Shown in pieces: positions 36,016 through 47,630 of a DNA stretch of 64,000 bases. A program made the translations under genes and the position numbers. The stretch comes from Octopus sinensis. Taxonomy: Eukaryota. Below the pieces are notes generated by a model. The model searched no databases and was not told where the DNA came from. It saw only the letters and a program-made list of their open reading frames with translations. Positions within the stretch are counted from its first letter, which is position 1. Every line of letters begins with the position of its first letter. The stretch covers positions 69,006,001-69,070,000 of the forward strand of contig NC_043009.1 of assembly GCF_006345805.1 (NCBI RefSeq). Reading direction: 5' to 3'.

Positions 36016-36312
36016 GTGGAGGTGCAATGGCCCAGTGGTTAGGGTAGCGGACTTGCGGTCGTAGGATCGCGGTTTTGATTCCCAGACTGGGCGTTGTGAG
36101 TGTTTATTGAGCGAAAACACCTAAAAGCTCCATGAGGCTCCGGCAGGGGGGCGGGGCAATCCCTGGCTGTACTCTTTCACCACAATTTTCTCACACTCTT
36201 TCTTCTGTTCGCTTAGCCAGCGGGGTGGCGTTGTTCGAAGGCTAAAACAATGAGAAGCGCATCGTGACCAGCGATGTGTAGCAACATCTGATGGTCTGGT
36301 CGGTCATGTGAT
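36016..36312 (+). mobile_element. tRNA-derived SINE sharing the family-C head but with a different body and tail
   Basis: GTGGAGGTGCAATGGCCCAGTGGTTAGGGTAGCGGACTTGCGGTC...GAGCGAAAACACCTAAAAGCTCC is shared with family C; the 3' part is unrelated; inserted in (TA)n. Confidence 0.8.
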
Positions 36313-37189
36313 ATATATATATATATGGGTGTTTGTGTGTTTTTGTGTTTGTGTATAGATAGATATGGTGCCTAAAAGGAGGTCAGTAAGCTTGAAACTG
36401 GAACCCGTGAAAGAGGGAGCATAAAGGTTTGTAGAGATGAAGTAGGGAATGTGCATCTCAAGGTGGGAATAACAAAGGACTATAGTGGCTATTGATATGT
36501 GGTGCTATAGAAAAAGCTATCCACCCGTAACAACATGTATCTGAAAACAAAAACAGTGATTAAGAAGCTGTGAGATGTATATCTTAATTGCTGCTTAGCT
36601 CTTCTAATCCATATTTTACTATGGCTGGGCAAAATACTTAGACTGGTTTCCTGTAAGGGAAACCCAATCTCTTAGTCAGTTCAGAGTTGTCTCTCTTTTT
36701 CCAATATCTGGTGCTGATGAGAAGATAACCACTTCAAAAATGCCTGCTTCCATCAATTGAATAGAAGCTGCTTCAAACTGACTGTGATGTAATAGGAAAG
36801 TAGGTAAAAAGTTTCTGGCAATGCGCAAAGATTAATAAAACCTTTATATTTGAAATATGAAGGTTTTATTAAACTTTCCACACTGTCAGAAGCTTTCTAT
36901 TTACTTTCCTTTTACCTTCTTTGACCAGAGTGTGTTTACGCCTTTTCGTTTACAGCCAGAGTATTTCTCCATAAGAAACTGCAGTGATTTGCCTTCTTAT
37001 AGGTCCAACCCACTGCTTCTCCCAAACCCTATTTCTCACTCTCCTCTTTCCATTGCTTCTCCATTTATGATGTTTGTCTGCATTCACACTCTACTCTTTC
37101 CCTTCCTGTATGGTACCTAGACGTTACTTTTTTAGTACTCTCCAACTTCTTTTTCCTTCATTGTTTTCTGCATTCTTCACTCTGTGACT

Positions 37190-38500
37190 CATTTCCTCTC
37201 ATTGCCCTCTTCCCAAAGGTAAATGCAGGAGCCACAATTCTGGTACAGATCGGGCATTTGTTTTTCTCAGTCGAAAGATATATCTGGTATGTTTCCAACT
37301 TATGGAGATGTTGCCTATACTTTGCCCTGGTTTCAGGTTCAGTTAGGGGAGGGGGCTACAGTTAGGGGATTGGCCACAGCCACCTTGCACACCAAACATT
37401 AAGTTGTTTGTTTCAAATCACAATTTTTATAAATCCGTCTTCAGCACCAAAAATTGTGCTGGAAGATTTTGTCTAGTCTTGGTGTTCTTCTTCACTTTCG
37501 ACATTCCGTGGTAGGGAGCTATCCACACATTGGAAGTGTTCTATGTTTTCCACCCTCAATCTGTGTACATTAATGGCTGGACCAGCTTCCAATGTGTTGA
37601 TGCAAGACCTTGTTTATTTTATGTTAGGCATCAGTGAAGACATTGTTAATGATCCGTAATTCTTCTGAAGTTGCATTGATTATGGTATAATCCCCATGCT
37701 GGAGTTCCGTTACCAATGTAGCTGTGGTCTTCTAGCAGAGAATCTGCCAGCGTTCAATAGTTTGCTATTTATGCATTATGGTGAGGTCAGAGAAAGCCAT
37801 TGGCAAGGGTATGTCTTGCTCATCCTTCTCACAGTATATTCTACTGAGTGAGACAGACCAGTACCAGTGACCTTTGACCTCACCAAAGCATCAGTAAGAG
37901 TCTGTGGAAGCTCATGAACCAGATTGAAACTTGGGTTGGTCAGTCAGTTACTGTTAGTGAGATGCATCAGTTGAATAAGATTCAAAACAGTATTTTTTTT
38001 TTTATATTTGAGAAAAGCAAGATGCTTCCCCTGTAGTTTCCACAATTTAATTTGTGTCTTTCTTGAAAATGGTAATAATAGTTGTACATGCGAGGTCGGC
38101 CAGAAATGAGAACTGTGCACAGAGCTGAGAGAGTGTATGAAACAGTTATTACTGCTATATTTTTGGATTTATGTATTTCTTTCTCAAAATTCTGTCATAT
38201 CCACACATTTTGTTGCTTTTCCAGGAATGGATTGTCTTGTTTGGTGACTGCTGTGCCAGGCTGTATAGTTGAAGCCATTATATGTTGTTGTCCAGATATA
38301 TTTCTTTAATTGCACTGGAGATGTTCTTTCTATCAGTTTTTGATATCTGCTTGTCCTTTTAAAAGTCTCGTAATGTCTTTGGTTCTGAGGGTGTTGGGCA
38401 TCTGCTCTAATTATAGATTCTTTGAGTCACTCCGAAGAAGTCTTTTATGTTATGTGTGTCAGCTAATTTCGCTATTTCAAATGCTATGGCCTGACATTAA
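37190..38500 (-). mobile_element. Highly degenerate RTE/BovB-like LINE (RT region to C-terminus)
   Basis: Ordered minus-strand motifs across frameshifts: TTIITIFKK (~38070), NCGNYRGSILL (~38035), LVTELQHGD for ELQYADD (~37700), VENIEHFQ (~37540), CPICTR (~37250). Confidence 0.7.
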
Positions 38501-39008
38501 TGTATGTATATATGTGCATGTGTGTAACTATATATATATGTGTGTGTGAATATGAATGTGTGTCTGTGTATGTATGAATGTGCATACGGACACACATACA
38601 AACTCGTCCACCAGCAGAGAGGAAAACCGTGTTTCTTCCATGCTTTTATTTAGCAGAGACATGTTGCAAGCCTGTTGCCAATATGTTGGCATATCATTCA
38701 TCTAATTCCAGTTTTATTTCTCTGCTTGTAGATTCTGTGGATATTCAGTACAGTAGTTCCAACATCACTCACACACACACACACACATGCACTCACACAC
38801 ACGTGTTAGAATTAACTTATATTCACATAACTGCTGAGTAAGCATTCATTTTAAATCCAATTATGAGACACAGTAAAATGGAATATACTGAATCTGTATT
38901 CACCAGATACCGTTTTATCTTCTAGTTCATTGCCTTGCTGCCCTGGGTTCAATATCTACCTTGTCTATAGTTTCTTTCCCTTTTCGTCTCTTCTGGTGTA
39001 ATATTTAT

Positions 39009-39879
39009 TGTTGTCTATTGCTCAAGGGATGAGGTGGGTGGAGTTGATAGAATTAACCCCCAGTAGACCACGGGTACTTATACAAAACAACAAAGAAACC
39101 TTTATGTGGATCATACAACCCACAAGAATCACTACACAGTTGTGATATTTATTTATTTATTTATTTATTTCATATCACAAATAATGTGGGACAAAATCCC
39201 ATCTTAACTATTGAGGAACTAGCAGTGAAGCTTGAATTTAGTCATTCAACCATTCATTCAAGTCAGTGTAAGAAGAAAAATGACCATCTTTGGTTTCAAG
39301 ACAAAAGGTGTTCTTCCATCAGGATAATGTTCGGCCACATACAGCGAGGATAACATTCCAAAGGCTGGAGCTGTTTGAATGAAAAACGATGCTCCACCCA
39401 CCATATTCACCAGATTATTATTTATTCCGCAGTCTTCAAAATCATTTGGACGTAAAAATATGAATTCCGTAGATGAGGTCAGAACAACACTGGAGGAGTA
39501 TTTTTCGTCATGGACAAGTGAATTTTGGAAGAGGGCCTGATAAGTCTACCAGTTCGATGGAAGAGCATTGTAGAAAATGAAGGAGAGTATATTTTAGATT
39601 AAAATAGAACTTTAATCTTAATTTTGAAAAATATTTTGAAGTATAAAAAACCGCATTATTTATGGGATGACCCAATACATCAAGAAATACATTGTTTAAT
39701 GTTTTGTTTTTTTCTTTTATAAAACAGTAATGTTTGATTGGAGGGATATTTGTGTACTGATTCTTGCAGGTTGTATGATCACGTAAAGGTTTCCTTGTTG
39801 TTTTGTATAAATACTCCTGGTCTGTTGGGGGTTAATTCTATCAACTCTACCAACCTCCTTCCTCGAACAATAGACAACA
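39009..39879. repeat. ~130-bp inverted duplication (39009-39138 / 39751-39879) bracketing a mariner remnant
   Basis: TGTTGTCTATTG...GAGTTGATAGAATTAACCCCCA...TATACAAAACAACAA...GATCATACAACC...AAGAATCACTACACA occurs as the reverse complement downstream. Confidence 0.88.
39166..39677 (+). mobile_element. Internally deleted mariner element, family 2
   Basis: FHQDNVRPHT and HPPYSPD motifs; right TIR CGCATTATTTATGGGATGACCCAA-TA; degenerate left TIR; homologous to 60945-61977. Confidence 0.88.
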
Positions 39880-40865
39880 CAATGTCTCAATGATAATCAA
39901 TATTCTTTTCCATTTGAAGTGTTCTTGTTCATCTCAAGCATCTCTGTTCACTGTTGCTTTCTTTTGGTTCGTTATATTTCTCTGTTTAATTCTTAGAAGA
40001 CTGACTTTTCCATTCACGTAGCTAATCAGGAAATGGATGGAAAAAATTAAAAGGTCAGCAATCAGTTTAGACAATTATTTTCTTTTATTATAATATTTTT
40101 TTTTTTTATCAAAATAGCAGAAATATTTTTAAATAGCTTTCTTGAAATAGCAAAATGTTGAACAGTTTTAAGATATTTTAGCATATTCCATGTTTATATA
40201 TTTAAACACATACACACATCCTTGTGTATGTGTATAGACAAATGACACTACCAGAGAAGGAGGTCATGTACTTTAAAATACCTGATAGAGAAGCATTATG
40301 TACTCTAAAACATTTAATTGTGAAGGACCATGTGTTACTCTTGAGATTCATTAAAAGGTTCATGTACCAAAGAGAAATGTACTTGGAAATCTCATAGACT
40401 AGGGTCAATTGTTTTTATCTTTCCATCAGTATGGGAGGGGGAAGTGCTTATAACCCCTTAAGGGCTTCTGAGACCAGTGCAAGGGAGGGAGTAGGGGAGG
40501 AAAGTTTCCTCATACAGAAGACCTGTCATGAAAGCCTGCCATAGAGTGGGCTCTGTTAAAGTTATTTAAGTGCCAGGTGGTAGAATTTAATTGGGCAGCA
40601 GATTGGTTAAACCTACCTCCCAAGTAGGTTCCTGTGAAATTTGAACTTGGAACTCGAGGAGCAGGAACAGATACTGCTGGTCATTTCCACTGACACTCCA
40701 CCACCCTTCATTGATACCCTATTTAATGACCCTGGAAAAATAAAAGGCAAATTTGGTCTCAGCAAGATCTGAACTCAGGTCACAAGGTGCCAGAACAAAT
40801 ACGGCAAGGCATTTTATCCGATATTCTGATGACTCTACCACCTGACCACCTTAAATATTCTGTAG

Positions 40866-41527
40866 GTGACATCTCATAGAGTAGGGTAGTGTACTATTCA
40901 TCAGAGGTCCCCAGCCACAAGGTTGCGGAGCACTATCTGATTGTGGATCATTTGGTATCAGAATAACTTATTTAAGTTCTATTTATACTTTATTGATTCT
41001 CACAGTCTGCCAGGTATTTTTTGCATTATAACCTGTAATAATTGAATTACATATTATGCCCTTCATTGTGTTTTGTTAGGCACACAATCCCCCAGTCTAT
41101 GGAAAAACTGTCTCACATGAAACCAGTCTGTGGTGCATAATATCTAATAGAGTAGGGTCTTTTACTATACATGACATCTAACAGAATAGGGTTTTCTGCC
41201 TTCCTACTAGTATGACTAGGTATTATGTATGACATGTAATAGAGTATGGTTATGTACTATTGATGACATCTGATTGAATAGGGTCACATACTATAGATAA
41301 CAGCCAATAGAATAGGATCATATACTACTCATGACATCTAAGAGTAGGGTCGTGTTCTGTAGATGACATGTGATAGAGTAGGGTCAGGTACTATTGATGA
41401 CATCTGATTGAATAGGGTCACATACTATAGATAACAGCCAATAGAATAGGATCATATACTACTCGTGACATCTAAGAGTAGGGTCGTGTTCTGTAGATGA
41501 CATGTGATAGAGTAGGGTCAGGTACTG
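40866..41527. repeat. ~34-bp minisatellite (TGACATCTAATAGAGTAGGGTCATGTACTATAGA-like) with a 134-bp higher-order repeat, interrupted by a hAT MITE
   Basis: One monomer at ~40868-40901, the MITE, then about 11 monomers at 41140-41527. 41254-41387 is repeated almost exactly at 41388-41521. Confidence 0.88.
40902..41138 (+). mobile_element. hAT-Charlie-like MITE (same family as 25008-25256), right end truncated
   Basis: CAGAGGTCCCCAGCC...GGATCATTTGGTA...GGAAAAACTGTCTCACATGAAACCAGTCTGTGGTGCA. Confidence 0.7.
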
Positions 41528-42959
41528 TATGTGGTATGTATCAAAAACCCATTTTGATATATTGAATTAGAAACTAATGTTATTGCTTGGAATCTCAGTT
41601 TCCTCATTCTTGGTTTGCAGTCATAGAGAAATTCAATAAATCTTTGTGAAAAATACATTTGTTGGTTAAGAAGTTCATTCTGCAAACCATATTGTCCCTG
41701 GTTCAATAACACTGTATGGTACATCGAGCAAGTATATTTGTTTTTTTAACTTTAAGGTTTGGGTTGACTAATGCTTTGTGATAAAAATTTGAATGCAGAA
41801 ACTGTGCTGAATCCTCAGTGTGTATGTGCTTTTGCATTTGCTTCCAGTTGCATTTCTTTGTATCAAAAAAGTAAATTAACCATTCTATAAATAGATCAAT
41901 ATAATATCAGATTTAGAAAAGTATGGGGTCGATATGATTGATTAAAATCTCTAGAAGGCAGGCCCCTAATGTGGTTGCATCTAACTGACTGAAACCAATG
42001 AAAGAATATACCTAATATCTGATATTTTGTATTTTAAAATATACACTCACTGACAGCCAATTGTATATCAATAAGTTTATAATATATAAACAAAAATTTT
42101 AGAGCTGGATTATGAGAGCAAGCTGCATGGAGATAAGGTCTACATTTTCTCGATTCTTTTCAATCTGTGAGTTGGTATTGAACTCCAGCTATCCATAACC
42201 AGCCATTGTATAGATCATGGTATTCTAGGTTGTCTGCTAGTGAGATATTTATTTCCACTCTCTATACTATTCCTTCTGTGAAACGGAAAAAAGATCAATA
42301 AGTTCGGCTTTGGTTGATGTAAACTTTCAACTTTGTGTCTAATTGATTGCTTTGATTTTCTTCCTCCAATTTTTTGGAGAAGATGTCAGCGAGGAGCGGG
42401 GGTAGGGGGGATGTTGAGGTGGAGGAGCATATCGATTCTATTTCATTTGAATAAATGTCTGATTTGAATGCTTCATTGAAATTTGCTTACACCTGAAATA
42501 CTGGAAATGCACAACTTTTCAATAAAGTCAACCAATGATGACTACACAAACCATTATGTCATTTGAAATGTCAAAGTGTTTTGTTGAAGAATAAATATGC
42601 CATGTATGGTGATACGTCTACATTTAAAGAGACAAACCTCCTGTACCTTCTGCCACTCATGGTGGTGCTACGGGTGACAGAACAGTGGTGCTGTTGTTAC
42701 AAGCTGTCTATGTTGATTGCATGTGGACCAGAATTAAGTTTCAACTAGAATGCTGCTCATTCACATTGCATGGAACAAACATGTGGACCTTAAGTTGTAC
42801 CTGGGTAACCTGTGTAGCAGAGCAGTAATGCTGAATATAACTTGACACAGCATGGCAAGAATTCTGTGTAGTTTTGTTGCAAATAATCTCTTTAGTGTCA
42901 GTGGCATGGTTGGATGCATTGAGTTCATGCTGTGAAGTGGATGTTGTATCCATTTGTTA

Positions 42960-43223
42960 GACTGGCTTCTGTGCCGGTGGCATGTAAAAAGCATCAACCG
43001 ATCATGGTCGTTGCTAGCCAGCCCCCTCTGGCCCCTGTGACGGTGGTTGGTAAAACCACCCATTACACTCTCAGAGTGGTTGGCATTAGGAAGGGCATCC
43101 AGCTGTAGAAACACTGCCAGATCAGATTGGAGCCTGGTGCAGCTATCTGGTTCGCCAGACCCCAGTTGAACCATCCAACCCAAGCCAGCATGGAAAACGG
43201 ACATTAAACGACGACAATGATGA
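42960..43223 (+). mobile_element. Retroposon family D fragment
   Basis: GTGGTTGGCATTAGGAAGGGCATCCAGCTGTAGAAAC...CAGCATGGAAAACGGACATTAAACGA. Confidence 0.85.
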
Positions 43224-43255
43224 TACCAAAAATAAAGGAACATATTATACAGGTA

Positions 43256-43652
43256 CATGCATGGCTGTGTGATAAGAAACTTGCTTCCCAACCACATGGT
43301 TCTGGGTTCAGTCCCTCTGCATGGTACATTGAGCAAGTGTCTTCTACTATAGCCTCAGGCCGACCAAAGCTTTGTGAGTGAATTTAGTAGACGGAAACTG
43401 GAAGAAGCCTGACATATGTGTATACACACACACACATATATCTATGTGTGTCTTTGTGCCTGTGTTTGTCCTCCTCCCCCAGCATTGCTGGCGTGTTTAT
43501 GATCCTGTAACTTAGCAGTTGAGCAAAAGAAACTGACAGAGTAAGTACCAGCCTTTATCAAAACTAAGTACTGGGGTCGATTCATTCAACTAAGAATTCT
43601 TCAAGGCAGTGCCCCAGCATGGCCACAATCTAATGACTGAAACAAGTAAAAG
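43256..43652 (+). mobile_element. SINE family A, full length
   Basis: ATGGCTGTGTGATAAGAAACTTGCTTCCCAACCACATGGTTCTGGGTTCAGTCCC...TGACTGAAACAAGTAAAAGA. Confidence 0.9.
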
Positions 43653-43974
43653 ACACAGAACCATGTAGGGGCTGGTGGTTTGTCTTTGTTGCTGCATGTG
43701 TGTCAGATGATGAAGGACATTGGAAAACCTCTCCAACCATGCCAGCATAGAGATAAAAGACAAACAGCAAAACATGGGCAGGAAATGTTGAGAGCACACT
43801 CACCATACGTATGACTACATTGTCAACCCTAAAAGAGTTGATTCTACTGACTTGTTGGCCCTGCCCCCCATCTGTCACCTGATCTGTGCCAATCAGGAAG
43901 CTTCTATTGTGGTCAGTCAGCTCAGATTGCTAGAAATAGCAGCCAAATTACTTTCAAACTACATTGCCATATTG

Positions 43975-44190
43975 CAGGGGTGGGCAAACTACGGCCTGCG
44001 GGCCGCATGCGGCCCGCCATAGGTTTTCATACGGCCCGCCGAGAGCTTTTATGAATCCCAACTTCTATGCAGATACTTCGTAACTGTACGGTAATTCACA
44101 ATATTTTCACTTGATTTTTATAAATGAGGCCCGCCAAGGTTCCAAAGACGCACTGTGCAGCCCGCGATCAAAAAAGTTTGCCCACCCCTG
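43975..44190. mobile_element. Young hAT (Charlie/Buster-type) MITE, 216 bp
   Basis: Perfect 16-bp TIRs CAGGGGTGGGCAAACT / AGTTTGCCCACCCCTG; perfect 8-bp TSD CCATATTG (43967-43974, 44191-44198); subterminal GGCCCGC motifs. Confidence 0.95.
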
Positions 44191-44336
44191 CCATATTGGA
44201 TGATGTAGTCTGGTATAAACTATTCTTGAATAAAATTAGAAGTTTCATGGCTTTGATAAGGGTGCTTTTGCTCAAGGGCCTGTGCAATCAGGGTTGACCT
44301 TCATTTAAACAACAGCAACAACAACAATCCTTAGCC

Positions 44337-44642
44337 TTTTTCTTTCTTTTTCTTTCTTTCTTTTCTTCTTTCTTTTCCTTCTTTCTTTCCTTCGTTCTTT
44401 CCTTCCTTCTTTCCTTCCTTCTTACCTTCCTTCTTTCTTACCTTCAGTCTTTCTTTTCCTTCTTTCTCTCTTTTTTCTTTCCTTCCTTCCTTCTTTCCTC
44501 CTTTCTTTCTTTTTTCCTCTCCTTTCTTTTTTATTCTTTTCTTCTTTCTTTCCTGTCTTCCTCTTTCTTTCTTTCTTTCTTCCTTCCTTTTTTCTTTCTT
44601 TCCTTCCTTCCTTTCCTTCTCTCTCTCCCCTCCTCCCTCCCT
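44337..44642. repeat. (CTTT)/(CCTT)n polypyrimidine tract
   Basis: Direct reading. Confidence 0.95.
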
Positions 44643-45617
44643 AAAGCTACTGCCTTTAACACTCCCTAATTCCTCTTCATATCATTTCTGTTAAGGTTTC
44701 ACCTCCTTCTTCATAATTAATCAGTTTTCTACCTGACCTTCATTTTCCCAGATAATATACCTTTCTCTTTTATCTCTCTTATTATGAGACTGTTTGACCT
44801 GCTAGAAATAACATCCAAATCTTTTACAAACCACACACATACTACTACTACCTTGAATAAGGAAGGGACACAATAGATAATGCAGGCCTAGTTATCCCTA
44901 AAATGATCCGTGTATCATGATTGGGTCAACCAGGAGTTAAAGGTTATCATTGAAGCCAATCTTTTTTTAATTTTTGTCAGTCAGTGTATCAAGGATTACA
45001 TTGTTGCATATACCCGTGTATGTTCCCTCTTTTTAGATCCCAGGGTATGATTTAAAGGCGATTTTGCTGCTATTTTTAGCAGATTGAGTGACAGTACAGA
45101 GGCTTCTGAATTGGCTCAGACATGTTGCTGTTGTTGTTGTTGTTTAACTCAAGGTCAACCCTGTTCCAACACATCAAAGATCAGATATTATGTGTTTAGG
45201 TCTACATTTTCTAATATGCCTTATTAAGATAGTAAGGTGTGATTTGAAGGAGGTTTGGCTATTATTTCTAGCAGGATGAGCAACCATATAGAATCTCTTT
45301 CATTGGCCTCTGGACCAAATTCATTTGTTTCCTTTTCCACAGAATTATGTCTGAAATTGGGTTAATTATCACTTTCACCATCTTGGTTTCATTTTCTGCG
45401 GCAGTAAAGATGCCAAAATTAAGATTTTAACATTTCCTCATAATATTGGCCAATATATTTATTTATGATCAATGTTTTATGCGTGATCGGCTCTCACTTA
45501 TTCCAATGTCTGCTGTCAGTGTTGCCTGTTTAAAATATGAAATTCCCCTCTGATTTGTTGCTATTCCTATGACCTCTACGTTTGTAAGTGAAATGTATGT
45601 TTGTCTGTTTGTGTGTG

Positions 45618-45648
<31 letters not shown>

Positions 45649-45848
45649 ATTTGCATATATGCATGTTTGTGTATATGTGTGTGTTACGTATGATTTTCTG
45701 TTTATGTATCTAGGTATGTGTTTGTCTCTATCTTCTACTTTTTCTTTTCTTAGTTTGACCACCAACACTATACAGCTCTTTTGCTCTATAGCTATTCTCA
45801 CAACAAAAACAAGAATTATAATAGTAATGATATTAGCAATAATAAATT

Positions 45849-45882
<34 letters not shown>

Positions 45883-45918
45883 ACAAAGTGAAGTTGTAAG
45901 GTACCGCACGAGTGGAAT

Positions 45919-46067
45919 TATATATGAAAGAAGGTTTGAAAATGCAATTTTTAAAAGATGTTTATTCACTTCCAAGCACCCCTCACACATCTACAGATGT
46001 ATGAAGGGTGTTTGGAAGTGAATAAACATCTTTTAAAATTGCATTTTCAAACCTTCTTTCATATATA
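45919..46067. repeat. Near-perfect palindrome, ~73-bp arms with a 2-nt loop
   Basis: TATATATGAAAGAAGGTTTGAAAATGC...CACATCT-AC-AGATGTATG...GCATTTTCAAACCTTCTTTCATATATA; three mismatches and one indel seen. Confidence 0.92.
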
Positions 46068-46081
46068 TATATATAATATAT

Positions 46082-46242
46082 ATTGTAACAACAAGGGTTT
46101 AGCAACAAGTTGCTTGACCACATACCGAAAATTTTAGAAATAGCAGCCAAAAGACTACTATTTCTTTTTCTACAAAAATATGTCTCCACAGACAACAATA
46201 TTTGTAACAAGCAACTTGTTGCTAAACCCTTATTGTTATAAT
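46082..46242. mobile_element. MITE-like element with 35-bp inverted termini in TA-rich context
   Basis: ATTGTAACAACAAGGGTTTAGCAACAAGTTGCTTG (46082-46116) / CAAGCAACTTGTTGCTAAACCCTTATTGTTATAAT (46208-46242). Confidence 0.75.
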
Positions 46243-47243
46243 TATATATAAAAAAACTTTTTGTATAAGTTTTTACCAAACATGGTCTTTTCCATACCGA
46301 AAAACAACTAGGTGAAATTTGTTGATTTTATTAAATTAATAATTTTTCACCCTATATCTGTAATGATTTTATATATATATATAAAGCATAATTATAATAA
46401 TTATATCAATAATTAATTGTCTACTATATATGTGTGGGTTTATAACCTGATTAATATTATGGTTCATCATAATCCTCATTCTTTGTTTTCTGGTCCAAGT
46501 CAGTTCATATTTGGAGTAACTGCTGCTGTATGCGTATACACACGCATGCATGCATACATGTGTGTGTTGTGACAGTAATAGTAGTAATGGTGGTGGTGGT
46601 CTGTCTGTCTGTCTTATATGTTTGTGTTTCATGACTGTATAACTCTCAGTACAGGTGTGTGTGTGTGTGTGTCTGTGTGTATTTGGATCTTTTATATCAT
46701 CATCATCATCATCATTCTCTATTATTATTTTTATCGAATAAATTCAAATTTAGTCATTATTTTCTTATCTGATCATTTTTGTTATTTTTGTATTTTATCT
46801 TTCCCAAAAATTTTTTATCAGATATTGAATTTTTATAGTTCTTCTTCAAAATTGTCCTTTTTCTTTTTTTTTTTCATTTTCTACAAATATCATAATTTTA
46901 CATTCATATATCATTATTTCTTTCAATATGGCAGTGAGCTGGCAGAGACGCTAGCACGCCGGACGAAATGCTCAGCGGCATTTTGTCTGTCTTTATGTTC
47001 TGAGTTCAAATTGCGCTGAGGTTGACTTTGCGTTTTATCCTTTCGAAGCTGATAAGTTAAGTACCAGTTGCGCACTGGAGTCGATCTAACCGACTGGCCC
47101 CCTTCCCCAAAATTTCAGGCCTTTTCTCTGTTTCAGTGTGGTTGACCTGGTTTCCGTTCTTATTCTGGGTCATTTCAATTTTTACCACTTACTTTGAAGC
47201 CCTCAATGCTTCAAAAAGAAAGCCATGTTTTTCCGAGTGACTC

Positions 47244-47376
47244 TGTGGTAAGTAGTTTGCTTACCAACCACATGGTTCTGGGTTCAGTCCCACTGCATGG
47301 CACTTTGGGCAAGTGTCTTCTACTATAGCCTCGGGCCAACCAAAGCCTTGTGAATGGATTTGGTAGGCAGAAACTG

Positions 47377-47419
<43 letters not shown>

Positions 47420-47630
47420 ATATGTCTGTGTGTCTGTGTTTGTCCCCCAACATCACTTGACAACTAATGCTGGTGTGTTTACGTCCCTGTAACTTAGCGG
47501 TTTGGCAAAAGAGATCGATAGAATAAGTACTAGGCTTACAAAGAATAAGTCCTGGAGTCGATTTGCTCGACTTAAGGCGGTGCTCCAGCATGGTCACAGT
47601 CAAATGACTGAAACAAGTAAGAGTTAAAGA
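47244..47630 (+). mobile_element. SINE family A, near full length
   Basis: High similarity to the reverse complement of 18048-18471 and 55840-56223. Confidence 0.9.

Noticed and set aside
36430-37030. Possible LINE endonuclease-domain remnant on the minus strand
   Set aside because: Only vague motif resemblance; no ordered set of conserved residues could be read.
41140-41527. CRISPR-like array of ~34-bp periodicity
   Set aside because: No unique spacers (the variable parts are themselves duplicated), no cas genes, eukaryotic context; it is a minisatellite.
42761-43336. 191-aa minus-strand ORF
   Set aside because: Runs through family-A and family-D repeats; similar peptides recur wherever these repeats occur.
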